This document shows positions 11,901 to 23,472 of a stretch of DNA of 64,000 nucleotides, piece after piece; the first letter of the stretch is position 1, and every line of letters begins with the position of its first letter. Source of the stretch: Aplysia californica (lineage: Eukaryota); NCBI RefSeq assembly GCF_000002075.1, contig NW_004797290.1, positions 1,142,127-1,206,126 of the forward strand, given 5' to 3'. The position numbers and the translations under genes are program-made. The notes under the pieces were generated by a model. It saw nothing but the letters and a program-made list of their open reading frames with translations, made no database searches and was not told where the DNA came from.

Positions 11901-12510
11901 CTCTATACTATACATGATGTATTGTCAGTCAGTAGAGAAATGCATGGCTGACATCTCACACTCACAGTAGTGCACTTACTGAATAAAATATGTAAAACAT
12001 GTTTAATCTTTGAATTTCATATTTATAGTTCAATCCATAACTGAATGAATGTTTTATTGTTTTCGGCTATTGCTTGCTTCTTATTGTTTTGTATTTTTCT
12101 CCTTCTACTGAAATATCACTACATGTACAATGGATCACTAGTATCAGGTAGCAAAGCAGTTTTCTCAACACGAGCTGTTGACAGCTCTGGTGAGTGTAGT
12201 GTAGTGTAGCACCCCAACAAGGGCTTGTTTTACTCCAACACAACTGATGGTGATTATATATATATATCTTCTTGTTTTCAAAATTGGCAGTAACATTGGA
12301 GAAGTGCTCTTCTTGATTCATGTCCATTTTCCCTTATAATTTACCTTCTCTTACAACTCCACTGTGATCAGTCACTAATGTCTAGATCTATCAAACTTTA
12401 ATACATCGACATGTACATCGTAATTTGTAATTCTTTCCAACCCACATTGCAGACGTGGCTTCAACGCTGAAGAGCTCATAGGACCTGGCTACTGTGATGT
12501 GGAGTACTGA
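7838..12510 (+). CDS. HEXB: Beta-hexosaminidase (GH20, HEXA/HEXB-like) paralog Hex-1, 3' five coding exons only
   Basis: Exons 7838-7907, 8594-8765, 9236-9326, 10531-10635 and 12453-12510 are all GT-AG and phase-compatible. They encode [37 protein letters not shown] and GPGYC motifs. No upstream exons found in the window. Confidence 0.93.
8382..8564. mobile_element. Tc1/mariner (pogo-like) MITE, TA-CAGTC family
   Basis: TA CAGTCGAAACTG...CAGGTTCACTG; same family as 29745, 31124, 52670. Confidence 0.65.
8594..8765 (+). CDS. HEXB: Hex-1 exon (human exon 11 equivalent)
   Basis: ggcag|...CCAG|gtgcgt; [10 protein letters not shown]...[15 protein letters not shown]...KCDPQDFP, 172 nt. Confidence 0.95.
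8788..8950. repeat. (GT)n microsatellite
   Basis: Direct reading. Confidence 0.95.
9236..9326 (+). CDS. HEXB: Hex-1 exon (human exon 12 equivalent)
   Basis: tttcag|...TG|gtgagt; [31 protein letters not shown], 91 nt. Confidence 0.95.
10531..10635 (+). CDS. HEXB: Hex-1 exon (human exon 13 equivalent)
   Basis: gtcag|...AA|gtaagt; [34 protein letters not shown], 105 nt. Confidence 0.95.
10670..11225 (-). mobile_element. tRNA-derived SINE with Deu/Nin-like central domain
   Basis: Reverse-complement copy of 50087-50615, with A box TGGCCTAGAGG and B box GGTTTGAATCC. Confidence 0.85.
11288..11745. mobile_element. MITE family with ATATGTG.../GGTGGAATCAGGCGCTCGTCAA TIRs
   Basis: Degenerate TIRs; homologous to 34611, 37471, 59963. 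Confidence 0.6.
12453..12510 (+). CDS. HEXB: Hex-1 terminal coding exon
   Basis: ttgcag|A CGT...; [18 protein letters not shown]; AATAAA motifs follow near 12578 and 12698. Confidence 0.92.
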
Positions 12511-14201
12511 ACTGACTCTTCCAGTCCAGTCCTGACTGTGACCTCAGCAATTTGGACACATTCCGTGCCACATTAAAAATAAAAATAATGCGTTAATATT
12601 GTATCGTCCATAGGTTTGTACATTGTATTATTTTCCACTTGAAGAAAAAATTAATTGATAATGTGTTTAAAACTAGATCTAAACTGCGTTTGTGTGTAAT
12701 AAAATATAATATGTGGAAAACACTAATAGGACGTTTCTATTGTACTTGTACATTCGGAATGTTGAAACCTGCGTCTTCCATGTGCATGTCGGCCACACAT
12801 GGGATGACATCTTTTGCTGACAATACACAAGCATGGGTTAAGTGTCCCTGTTAACATTGTTGCGTTATCAAATAACGTCCATCTCCAAAGGACCGAGCCA
12901 TATGGGTTTTGAGCCTTAAAAACTCCACAAGCTCATGAACGCCAAGTCGGGGAGACTCGCCATAGTTCAGCATGATACCAATTAATGGCTAGCGGAGCGT
13001 CCGCGAGACCTACATGTATTTCAGTCTGAATAGCTTGCTGATCAAGTCAGTGTCTGATTTTTTAAAAATGTTAATGATGTATTGGTGTTTTCTGTGAGCA
13101 GAGTGACAAATAGATTTAGATACTGCACCCCTCTTATTTTATCATGAAATAACATGTATTCTCACTCTCACGAATGTCTCTGCTCGCTCAGATGGACATG
13201 TGGTCGCTTTTAAGGACAAGCGCGCTAACCCAGATTTCGGAGGTTTCCAGAAATCTTGACTTACACCAAAAAATGGGCATTGCCCTGCTTAGGGGAGAAA
13301 TTTGGTTTCACTGGTGTGTATATATCTGTTTGGTTATAGAGAAAATTCTCCTTGTCTTTTAAAGAAACTGAACCAGGGGCAAAAACTCTACCTTCCATTT
13401 TCTCAAAACAGCATTTTACGAGATAGCCCCCTTATGCTTAAAAGCGACCATGTGCAAAGTGTACTTGTGAGTAGAGTCTCTGTTTTCTTTCCTTGTTCAT
13501 TATTCATCTCACTACTCAAGGCGCTTCTTTGAAACGAACTGCAGTATATGAGTCTACAAGTGTTAAACTCATACATGTAGGTTACATTAACTATGAAAAC
13601 GTCCCTTTTAGTTTAAGCGGAACAGAGACCATACAAAATGTAACCAGTGCTGGAAATATTCTGTCTACAGAAAAAGAAAGTCTTTTCGGCAGTATGAGTA
13701 TGAACATGAGTTGTAGTGCATAACCTCACAGCTTTTAGAACAGAGAAATACGTTAAACACAAGACAAGGGGTGTGACGTGTTAGGGAATATATATTCAGT
13801 GAACATTCTTGATCACGGTCCAAACACAACATTCAAACCAAATGTAGAACAGGAAATTGGAAATGAGACTGTGTCATGCCAAGCCCAGCACACGGCCTAG
13901 AAATGTTTTGCAGCACTTCTTCTTCCACAATGCATGGACTCCAGCTGAAAGAGACAAAGAGTTCGTATAAATCAAAAGTTAGCGTATCCTGAAAAAATGA
14001 CTTATAAAGAAAGACAATGACTACAACAAAAAGGGACATCTTTAAACTTCTAATAACATACGTACATTCACAAATGCATCTGTGTCCTCGGTAAAGGGAA
14101 TCACATACCTTAATTCTGTCCGTGCTACAACTTTGTCGTGAACCAAAGGGAAGATCAAGAGGGATTAGCGGTTTGAACATTTGGCACAATGCCCTATAAT
14201 A

Positions 14202-15098
14202 AAGTATGTACAAAAAGTTAAGGACCACTTGCAAAAGTGCACGCAAAATAAAAACCAGCAAAGCAAATTATTCCTTCTTTGACAAAAATTCACTTCATCA
14301 TCCATTATGTGCAAAAAAGAAATTTCGTCACAATAGAAACAAAAATGCGTAATTCCCAGCTCTCAAAAGGGACCCACCCTCAAAATCGAAAATCACAAAA
14401 GAAGGGGTCTCAAAAAGTCTCAGCAATATCAAGGAAAAAGACCAGTTTAGGTTTGTGAATGTCAATGGAATTGCCCACCATTCACGGAAAGGCAGTCAAG
14501 GCATCCTGACAGGGCAGCGGTATCTACATGAGATTCTTCGACCTCCTGTGGTCGTCCCGGCGGTGCAGCTGATTGGGCTTGCTGCTGTCCTTCACGGCGA
14601 CAACGCCACGCCGTACTTTCAGTCCAGACCTCACTCCTATTGAATAGTTCTCGGCTGAGCTTGGTCGGAGAGTTCATGAGAACCACCCCTTGCCCGCCAA
14701 CTAACAGCAGCTGCTAGGATGGCTGTAGCACGAATGGAACAATATTCTGGCACGGCTGATCAACTCTATGCACCAGCGGTGCCTTGACTGCCTAGCCGTG
14801 AATGGGAGGCACACGCGCTTCTGAAAATTCCATTGACATTCACGAACTTTTAAACTGGTTGTTTTCTTTGATATTTCTGAGACTTTTTGAGATCCTTTCT
14901 TTTGTGATTTTCGATTTTGATACTGGATCCTTTTTGAGCGCTGGGAATCACGCATTTCTGTTTCTATAGTGATGAAATTTCTTTTTTGTACTTACGGATT
15001 GATGAATTAAATGTATGACAAAGAAGGTATAGTTTGCTTTGCTGGTTTTTATTTTGCGTCCACTTTTGCAAGAGGTCCTTGACTTTATGTGAAGACTG
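14202..15098 (+). mobile_element. Internally deleted Tc1-like transposon with ~265-bp TIRs
   Basis: Inverted repeats 14202-14472 / 14825-15098 and TA flanks; internal transposase remnants LTGQRYLHEILRP...HGDNATPY and EWNNILARLINSMHQRC...NGRHTRF. Confidence 0.9.
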
Positions 15099-15110
15099 TA
15101 TGAGCTTACA

Positions 15111-15769
15111 CAGTGCGGTCAAAAATTCGTGGCACAAGCTGTTGTCAGATATTTCCTAAACTGTCGAACACTCTCCTGGGGGGTTTTTCACAATGACTTG
15201 TATCAATTTGTCTTAATAGATCAATATTTTTGTAAACACCTGTAAGCTGTATTTTAGAAAATATTCTTAATAGATTAAATATCATTTTTTAAAATCCAAG
15301 TAGGTGGTTTCTACAGATTTTAAAAGGTTTACATTTACAGCTGGGACAATGTCGCTTTTAAAAGCAAGTCTGACATGTTTTCCTTATCGTAACACTATGC
15401 TTATTGAACGCAGGTTTTGAGAACCTTTAGTGCAAACAGAGTGTTCAGAGTTCACTAATAAATTTTGCCACTAAAAAGTGCCATTGGTGAGCTGTGATTT
15501 AGGCCATATGCGTATGCAAAATGTGTCCGAGAAGCGGGAATTGCTGTGAACTATCCCCTTTTCTGTATGGCGAAGATTTGTAATATTTTATGTAAATTTT
15601 TTGAAGAAAATTTTTTAATCAAGCCTCAATAATTGTTTTGGAAAAATATGACTAAGTTAAGACGAATTGATACAAACTGCTGTGCAATGTGCAGATTGCG
15701 GGTAACATTGATTCACCTGCTAAAGAGAAATTGGAGGATAAATTGCGCCACGAATTTTTTACCACACTA
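15111..15769. mobile_element. Tc1/mariner-type MITE
   Basis: TIR CAGTGCGGTCAAAAATTCGTGGCACAA / TTGCGCCACGAATTTTTTACCACACTA, plus internal inverted segments. Confidence 0.7.
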
Positions 15770-16870
15770 TACCACATGTATAGAGAGGAAGAGTTCAATG
15801 GCAGTACACGGCAGCACATTTTGAAAGCGGTCACAAATCAGTCCAAATCTCCAGTTTTAAAGCAGCCCTCAAGAACAAGCAAAGTTCACTGTCACAATAA
15901 AAAACAAGTAATGTCAAGGTCTTTTACCTACGAATTAATAAAATTTGAAACCCGTAAAATAGGGATCAATACATGTAAAATGCAGGGTGATTGACGAGGA
16001 ACACGAACCCCCCCCCCCAACCACCACTTTTTTTTCTTGTCTAAGTAACTTTAGTAACAGTAACTACTTTCCTTCACAATGATGTATGTTAGAGACAAGC
16101 CTGCAAATCAATGAATTTTTAATTAAATTAAATAGAAAACGATTTAGATTATACTTATACACAAGTACATGTACCGACATAATCTAGAAGTATTTCACAT
16201 ACATGTAATAGATTTAAGTCTACAACTAACTAGAAATTTCTTAATTTGTTAGTACGTTGACCCTTTTTCTGTTAACGTGTGTAATTATAATGACTGAATG
16301 GTTTGCAAATCAGACGTAATTTCCACTGTGACTATTGACAGCATCGGAATGGGACCAGACTGACAGGCTATGTCGTAACTGATGTCAAAAGTGTATTTGT
16401 GTAATAGGCATTGTACAGTTTAAAGGCCTCACAAATTGAACCGGACAGTTCTCAATAACACCGAAAAACAGTGTGAAACACATTCTGAAACATGATAAAT
16501 ATAAAACAAATAGAGCCATACCACCGTGTTTTCACATACTCTTTATCTATCACGAGTACCTCTCGAGGGTTTTAAAACGTGTGTGTATCAGCGTGTAATC
16601 TAGACTGCACTGAAGTGTATTGATCACAATCCACTTCTGGTTACATGTGGGGGGGGGGGGTGTGGACTCTTATCTATGTAGATTTATCTCACTCCCAAAC
16701 CCTCTCATTTGAGCGCTTCTTGATGAAGAATGTATACAGTTGACAGGCTTCACTTAGTAAAGGCTTACATAATATAGACATTGCACTATGACACTTCGCA
16801 GTGGGATAGTGTATGAGAACACATGATATAAATAAGATACTATACTGACCCCAAAGAAAGCGTGGTGAAT

Positions 16871-17065
16871 TTATTCCTCTTCCTCATCCACGTCTTCCCA
16901 GCAAATGGTTTTAGCCAGCTGTTGAGGGCTCCGAGATTCATCTCCTGGTTGTGCCAGCCACAAAACTCTCCTGTATATCAGGAAGGGGGCGGTGAGTGCG
17001 CTGCCCCAGAAGATAGCAAATCCAATGGTTGTTTTATACTTGCAGCCAATCCCAAAAGGTAAATT
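16871..17065 (-). CDS. COX7C: COX7C-like exon 2 (TM helix + acidic tail)
   Basis: NLPFGIGCKYKTTIGFAIFWGSALTAPFLIYRRVLWLAQPGDESRSPQQLAKTICWEDVDEEEE*. Confidence 0.85.
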   Translation of the reverse strand, partial: NLPFGIGCKYKTTIGFAIFWGSALTAPFLIYRRVLWLAQPGDESRSPQQLAKTICWEDVDEEEE

Positions 17066-17688
17066 CTGAAGACAGAGAGGGTAAAAATGACCAATGAATT
17101 TATACAAATGATTTTTAACAGATCTAGATCTACATGTATATTCGTCATTTAGAACATGCTTTTCATTCATTTCACTGAACAAGCAGTTATATAAATTTGC
17201 CTTTCGAATTTGAATTCCATGCATCCATGGGCACATAACAAGGCCGCGTCAGAGATAGGAAGCATACTGATACTTATTATAATAGTATAAGTTTATGTCA
17301 ACAAGTCAGATACCCTTATCCTTATCAACATCGCGATATTTGGAAGTGGGTACGTAGAACTGGGTAGAGATCTAGATTCTATAACACTAAAACCCTAATT
17401 GCCGCATTTTCCCTAGATCTAAATCTAGATCTATCTTAAAATGAACGCGTGTAATGTGTTCTTTCGTTTCCAAAACAATCTAATATCTAGATGACGGGGG
17501 GGGGGGGGGGGAATGCAATTTCTGTTTTCATCATCATATCTTACCGAGCCTGGTATGCCCTGCTGCTGGAAATCTTGATGGGACATTCTTTTTGGCTGTG
17601 TTGTTGAAAATGGCCTTTTGCATATTTGAGAACCTTTCGATATTCTTGAAAGGGACAAAAACGCCCTGCGTAAGATTTTGAACGTCAT
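16871..17688 (-). CDS. COX7C: Cytochrome c oxidase subunit 7C-like, two exons (17688-17545, 17065-16871), 112 aa
   Basis: Arg/Ser-rich presequence lacking acidic residues (MTFKILRRAFLSLSRISK...), then GIPGS|NLPF (human GPGK|NLPF, same phase-0 intron) and a TM segment FAIFWGSALTAPFLIYRR (human LYFGSAFATPFLVVRH). Donor G|gtaaga, acceptor ctctctgtcttcag. Confidence 0.85.
17545..17688 (-). CDS. COX7C: COX7C-like exon 1 (mitochondrial presequence + GIPGS)
   Basis: ATG at 17688, 48 codons, donor gtaaga at 17544. Confidence 0.83.
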
Positions 17689-19720
17689 TGTGCTTTGGTT
17701 GAACACTCTGTGTCTTTCCAAAATGGTTGGAATAGATCTACTGTAACCTACACAAGATTGTAGAAGATCTATACACTGACTGAACCTGACCGTTGCACAA
17801 AAGTGCAAAGTGCAAACTAACTTAGGCCTACTTTTCAAGCAAAAAGGCGGTTCAAAGTTTCAACTTCCTGTCTTCCAATCGTGGAGACAACCTGGCATAT
17901 GGCCTAATAAAACTAGGTCTAGCATCTGACAGTGACATCTGCGTTTGTTGCCATTTTTTGGTCCAAAAGTTTCCAAAAGTTGCCACAAAAAATGGAAAAA
18001 GTTGCCATAGATATTCTAGATCTAGAGTCTAAATTTTCGAGCTTTCAACTCTTTGTGACAACGTAGGCCTTTAGCAATATGTTGATTGAGGTAACTTAAA
18101 TCTAAAGCACTAGAATTTCTTGTGCTCTGCTTTAGTTTTAAGCATCCAGAATATTATTTGTAGCCAAACAGAGAGTAAAAACGTGGAAATTAAAGGTTTC
18201 ACAATAAAATTAATTAATAACTAGAACAGCACATAAACAACCACAAAAATTAACAAATGAGGGTGTGTGTCCTATCCGAAGATTGGCTGTTTTAACCCTA
18301 AACGTGTGTAGTTCAAGAAAAGTACAGGATATTACATCTACATAATTATGGAATCACACGACACATTAAGGGGCCTGCCACTAATTAGGCCTACTACCAG
18401 TGTCAGTATTCGGTTTTGGTGGAGACTCGCTCTAACATAACACTTTAAAAAAAAAGATAGGAACAACATCAAATTAAATTACAATACGCTATATAAACAA
18501 AACTATATAGATCTAGACCGAAGCGCCTCGACTAGTCCTATGTTGTATATGCCTATTATCCTGGTCTTTTCCCCATCATTCGTTCACGTTTCCTATCTTG
18601 TACAAGGCCTAGCCTAGCCTAGGCCTACTATCCGCGTGAGAACAAGATGTTCAACGACTTTATGTCGATTCAAGTACCCTTTAATTTTTTACAGTCAGTT
18701 TGGGAGAAAAAAAAGAAGGAAGTTGTTAGGCACGTGTACGCCCGCATAACACTGGATTGTTAGGGGCACGTATTTTCAAAGTCAAGGCCGTTCGGTGTTC
18801 CCAAAAGTCAAGGCGTTCGGCGGTTCGTTTCCCATTCATTTCACCAGCGTGCTTGGTCAAGCAAAGGTGGATTGGGATTGAGACTCGTAAACTTGTGACT
18901 TGATCTAGATCTAGATCTATTCTAAATTTTCTAGATCTCTGTTTGTCGGGAGGGAGGGAGAGAGAGTGTATTTCTGAATGAAAAAAGACAGATACAGAGA
19001 NNNNNNNNNNNNNNNNNNNNNNNNNNNNNNNNNNNNNNNNNNNNNNNNNNNNNNNNNNNNNNNNNNNNNNNNNNNNNNNNNNNNNNNNNNNNNNNNNNNN
19101 NNNNNNNNNNNNNNNNNNNNNNNNNNNNNNNNNNNNNNNNNNNNNNNNNNNNNNNNNNNNNNNNNNAGACTCTCAGTCTAGCCGTACTTAAGTACGGCTA
19201 GCCACTTCGTTTCCAGACACTTACCACAAAGAAGATGTTGGTGTCCCTGCGACTGCAACGTACGTATAAGAATCCTTGCCAGCTACAGTGTGTTTCATTC
19301 TGTTGGTTGGCCGGAGAAGCACAACAAAGCAAATCCTGATGCTTTGACTTTGTGTAAAAATAGTGTTTTACTGTACAGCTTTCAACAGAGAAAAAGGTAG
19401 AGTATCAAACTCAAACAGGTCTTCTATTAATTCGACTATCAATGGAACTTTACTCAACGTACATTGTACAAAAATTATAAATTATGTATATGTTAGGCTA
19501 TAGATATAGAGGCAAGGAAAGCGGACTTGATATAGGCAGCCTAGATCTAGACATTTTCGTCCAAGAATATGTCGTCTCTGGTCTGACTCTTAGACTGAGA
19601 TCATACAAGAAACGGAGAATAGAGATCATGTCCTTTTCCGAAAAAAAAACCCCATGGGACCAGGAACGCCCGCCGGCGTAGAAATGTATAGTCTAGTATA
19701 GCCTAGATTCTAAATCTAAA

Positions 19721-20258
19721 GGGAGTGTATACAGACCCGGTAACCGGGAACAAAGTCACAAAGTATACAGACCCGGTGGGGGAACTCTTTTGTGATTTCG
19801 GAAAGTTTCAGAGCCCTCTTGGCTCAGGGTTGACCTAGGTTCTTCTAAATCTGTGGCCTAGGTCTAGATCTAGACAGACAGACATAAATCATTGATGTAG
19901 TTTCGAGGCTAGCCTAGATCTAGATCTAGATCTAAATTAGATTGCGGATGTATTTTCGATGAACGATCGTTTTTCCCTCGTTTTGGAGTTTGGAGGAATC
20001 ACAATTTGAAGAAAAGAACAATGTCATAATTTCAATCCAGCAGTCACCTTCTCTCTCTCTCTCTTCTGAGTATCGCTTGCCTTCTCTTTTTCTTTGTTCG
20101 TCTCTGTCTTTCTTTTCCCCCACATATTTCCCTCTCTCTCTCTCTCACACATGACAGGGTCTGGGCGCTGAAACTTTCCAAAATCACAAAAGAGTTCCCC
20201 TACCGGGTCTGTATACTTTGTGACTTTATACCCGGTTACCGGGTCTGTATACACTTCG
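19721..20258. mobile_element. MULE-type MITE
   Basis: ~95-bp TIRs (GAGTGTATACAGACCCGGTAACCGGG...); 9-bp TSD AAATCTAAA at 19712-19720 and 20259-20267. Confidence 0.88.
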
Positions 20259-20264
20259 AAATCT

Positions 20265-20510
20265 AAAATCTAGATCTAGATCTAGATCTAGATCTAGAAG
20301 ATCTAGGATCTAGATTCTAGGCCTTGTCTTCTTTCCAAAAAATTCTATTCTATTTTTTAGACTTTTCTAGATCTGGGGTCTAGATCTATGTGGAGAAGGA
20401 ACCAGCAATGCCACCTAGATCTAGATCTAATTAGATATACAATCTACATCTAGAAATCTAGATCTAGTCTAGGTCTAGATTAGATCTATATCAAGATCTC
20501 GATATCTAGC
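20265..20510. repeat. (TAGATC)n palindromic hexamer-rich tract
   Basis: Direct reading; similar tracts near 17414, 18900, 19860-19935, 21820. Confidence 0.85.
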
Positions 20511-21668
20511 CTATCTGCTGCTGCATTTCGGCACTTTGGGCAGAAATAATTTAGATTTAGAGTGAGTCAAGGCGAAGGTGTGCTGCACATGAGAGTGAGA
20601 CGAGTACAGATCAGAGATAAGACCTAGATCTAGACTTTCTCAACCCACACCGCAAAAATGTCAGCGTGCCCTAGAATCAAACACAGAGAAAAATAACCTC
20701 CGCTGAATCACATTTTTCGTTTTCCCGTTTCTCCTGTGAGAAGCAACAGATCGATCATCAAGCAGGATAATTTCAGCAATTGCACGTCAGGGCCAGCATG
20801 CTGCTATCGCGATGTCGGACTTGACAATCATGCAGTGGGCCAAGCGTTTAGATCTATTGCTTTATTCTGTTCTTTCTTTTTTTTGTGTTTGTTACAGAGA
20901 AAGGAATTCAACGCACAGAATCTAAGCCTGCTGCACTGATGCCACTGATAGGTAAGCCTAGCACAGTGCACAGGCCGATGTGTGAAGGCCTTGGCCCAGC
21001 TTTCCCACTGGCTTTCTTCAGAGACAGCTGAAGAAGATCTAGGCTAGACGAGACGTAGGGCTAGACAGCAGTCCAGCAGTTCCAAACACAACACAAAGCG
21101 CAAGCACGCACACTCGCACTACACACTAGCAATGATAGTACATAACAAGATGGGCCACTCAGCCAAAAAAGTGTCCGCAGGAAGTATGCTCTTTGCTTCA
21201 GATGGCGCTGCAGTCTGTTTTGAAGCTCTCTTTCGTTTTTCCAGAAGAAGAATAGGAATAGCACCTCCTTGCGTGCGCAGATCGACTGCTGTTCATCAGC
21301 AGTTCGGGTACGTTCAGTGCGGAGTTTTAGGTTTTTTTATATTTTAATGACCTCTCGCCTTTCATTCTAAAGTCAAATTAAACAAAGAAAACCATCACCC
21401 TTTCCTCCGGAAGAGGTTTTTTGTCAGCGTAACCATTTTTAAAAAGCGTTCTTCCGAAATTTATCCAAAAAACTTGCTAGTTTCACTTTGATTTTGTAAA
21501 ACTCAAGTAGGGTAACTCTGTTCGCAAAGAGTGCGCTTTTGTGAAGAGGGCGCCACCAAATTTGGAGGACACTTTTTTAATTGGCTCAAAGAGAGAAGTG
21601 GCCCATCAGAGTCACTAGGCGTTCGTTCAGTACCACAGAATTCTAGGTATGTTCAGTACATAAAATAA

Positions 21669-21925
21669 CACTGGATTGTTAGGGGCACGTATTTTCAAAG
21701 TGTCAAGGCCGTTCGGTGTTCCCAAAAGTAAAGGCGTTCGGCGGTTCGTTTCCCATTCATTTCACCAGCGTGCTTGGTCAAGCAAAGGTGGATTGGGATT
21801 GAGACTCGTAAACTTGACTTGATCTAGATCTAGATCTAGATCTATTCTAAATTTTCTAGATCTCTGTTTGTCGGGAGGGAGGGAGAGAGAGTGTATTTCT
21901 GAATGAAAAAAGACAGATACAGAGA
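21669..21925 (+). repeat. Near-identical direct duplicate of 18749-19000
   Basis: ~250 bp shared: ACTGGATTGTTAGGGGCACG...GACAGATACAGAGA. Confidence 0.9.
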
Positions 21926-22221
21926 GGAAAAGAATGTGTGTGTGTGTGTGTGTGTTTGACAGAGCGCGCGAGCGCACAAACACACACACACATACAGAGA
22001 GAGATGGAGAGAGAAAGAGAGTGTGTGTGACTAGTGAGAGAGAGAGAGAAATGACAGAGAGAGCGAGAGAGTGATGACAGGGAGAGCGAGAGAGATGACA
22101 GAGAGAGAGAGAGAGAGAGAGAGGGGGAGGGAGGGAGGAAGAGTGTGTTTCCGAATGAAAAAAAAGACAGATACAGAGAGGAAAAGAATGTGTGTGTGTT
22201 TGGCAGAACGCGCGAACGCTC

Positions 22222-22261
<40 letters not shown>

Positions 22262-22444
22262 AGAAAGAGAGAGAGTGTGTGTGACTAGTGAGAGAGAGAG
22301 AGAGATCTCGAGAGAGTGTGTGTGTGTGTGTTTCTGAATGAAAAAAGATAGACACAGAGAGGAAAAGAATGTGTGTGTATGTGAGAGAGAGAGAGAAATG
22401 ACACAGAGAGAGCGAGAGAGAGATGACAGGGAGAGATCGAGAGA

Positions 22445-22490
<46 letters not shown>

Positions 22491-23432
22491 GACACAGGGA
22501 GAGCGAGAGAAAGATGACAGGAGAGAGCGGGAGAGANNNNNNNNNNNNNNNNNNNNNNNNNNNNNNNNNNNNNNNNNNNNNNNNNNNNNNNNNNNNNNNN
22601 NNNNNNNNNNNNNNNNNNNNNNNNNNNNNNNNNNNNNNNNNNNNNNNNNNNNNNNNNNNNNNNNNNNNNNNTGGAAAAAAGACAGATACAGAGAGAAAAT
22701 GAATGTGTGTGTGTGTATGTGTGTGTGGACAGAGAAAGAGAGAAAGTGTGTGTGACTAATGTTAGAGANNNNNNNNNNNNNNNNNNNNNNNNNNNNNNNN
22801 NNNNNNNNNNNNNNNNNNNNNNNNNNNNNNNNNNNNNNNNNNNNNNNNNNNNNNNNNNNNNNNNNNNNNNNNNNNNNNNNNNNNNNNNNNNNNNNNNNNN
22901 NNNNNNNNNNNNNNNNNNNNNNNNGAGATNNNNNNNNNNNNNNNNNNNNNNNNNNNNNNNNNNNNNNNNNNNNNNNNNNNNNNNNNNNNNNNNNNNNNNN
23001 NNNNNNNNNNNNNNNNNNNNNNNNNNNNNNNNNNNNNNNNNNNNNNNNNNNNNNNNNNNNNNNNNNNNNNNNNNNNNNNNNNNNNNNNNNNNNNNNNNNN
23101 NNNNNNNNNNNNNNNNNNAGCGAGAGAGAGAGATGACAGGGAGAGGGCGAGAGAGATGACAGAGAGAGAGAGAGATGACAATTCTTATTATAATATTAAC
23201 AAACGCCTCACCTCCTCTCTCTCTCCCTCTTTCTTTCTACCCCCCATCCCCCCTCATCTTTGTCTCCCCCTTCTCTCTGTTTCTCCCCNNNNNNNNNNNN
23301 NNNNNNNNNNNNNNNNNNNNNNNNNNNNNNNNNNNNNNNNNNNNNNNNNNNNNNNNNNNNNNNNNNNNNNNNNNNNNNNNNNNNNNNNTGTGTGTGTGTG
23401 TGTGTGTGTGTGTTTACCCCATTCTCTCTCTC

Positions 23433-23470
<38 letters not shown>
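21876..23470. repeat. Compound GA/GT/CT microsatellite with higher-order unit, gapped
   Basis: Recurrent TTCTGAATGAAAAAAGACAGATACAGAGAGGAAAAGAATGTGTG between GA runs. Confidence 0.9.

Positions 23471-23472
<2 letters not shown>

Noticed and set aside
7838-12510. Hex-1 as an uncollapsed haplotype of Hex-2
   Set aside because: Exons are clearly diverged (e.g. 70% aa identity for the closest exon-11 pair) and the introns differ in length and sequence.
17845-17960. ETS/GABP (ACTTCCTG 17863) and YY1-like (GCCATTTT ~17950) sites as the COX7C promoter
   Set aside because: Plausible for a respiratory-chain gene, but the motifs are short and the TSS is unknown, so they are not reported as features.
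18749-19000. 250-bp duplicate as an independent functional element
   Set aside because: It ends at a gap and matches the end of the putative transposon; it may be a tandem end duplication or a misassembly.
21762-22495. Ser/Leu- and Arg/Glu-rich ORFs
   Set aside because: Translations of GA/CT microsatellite.
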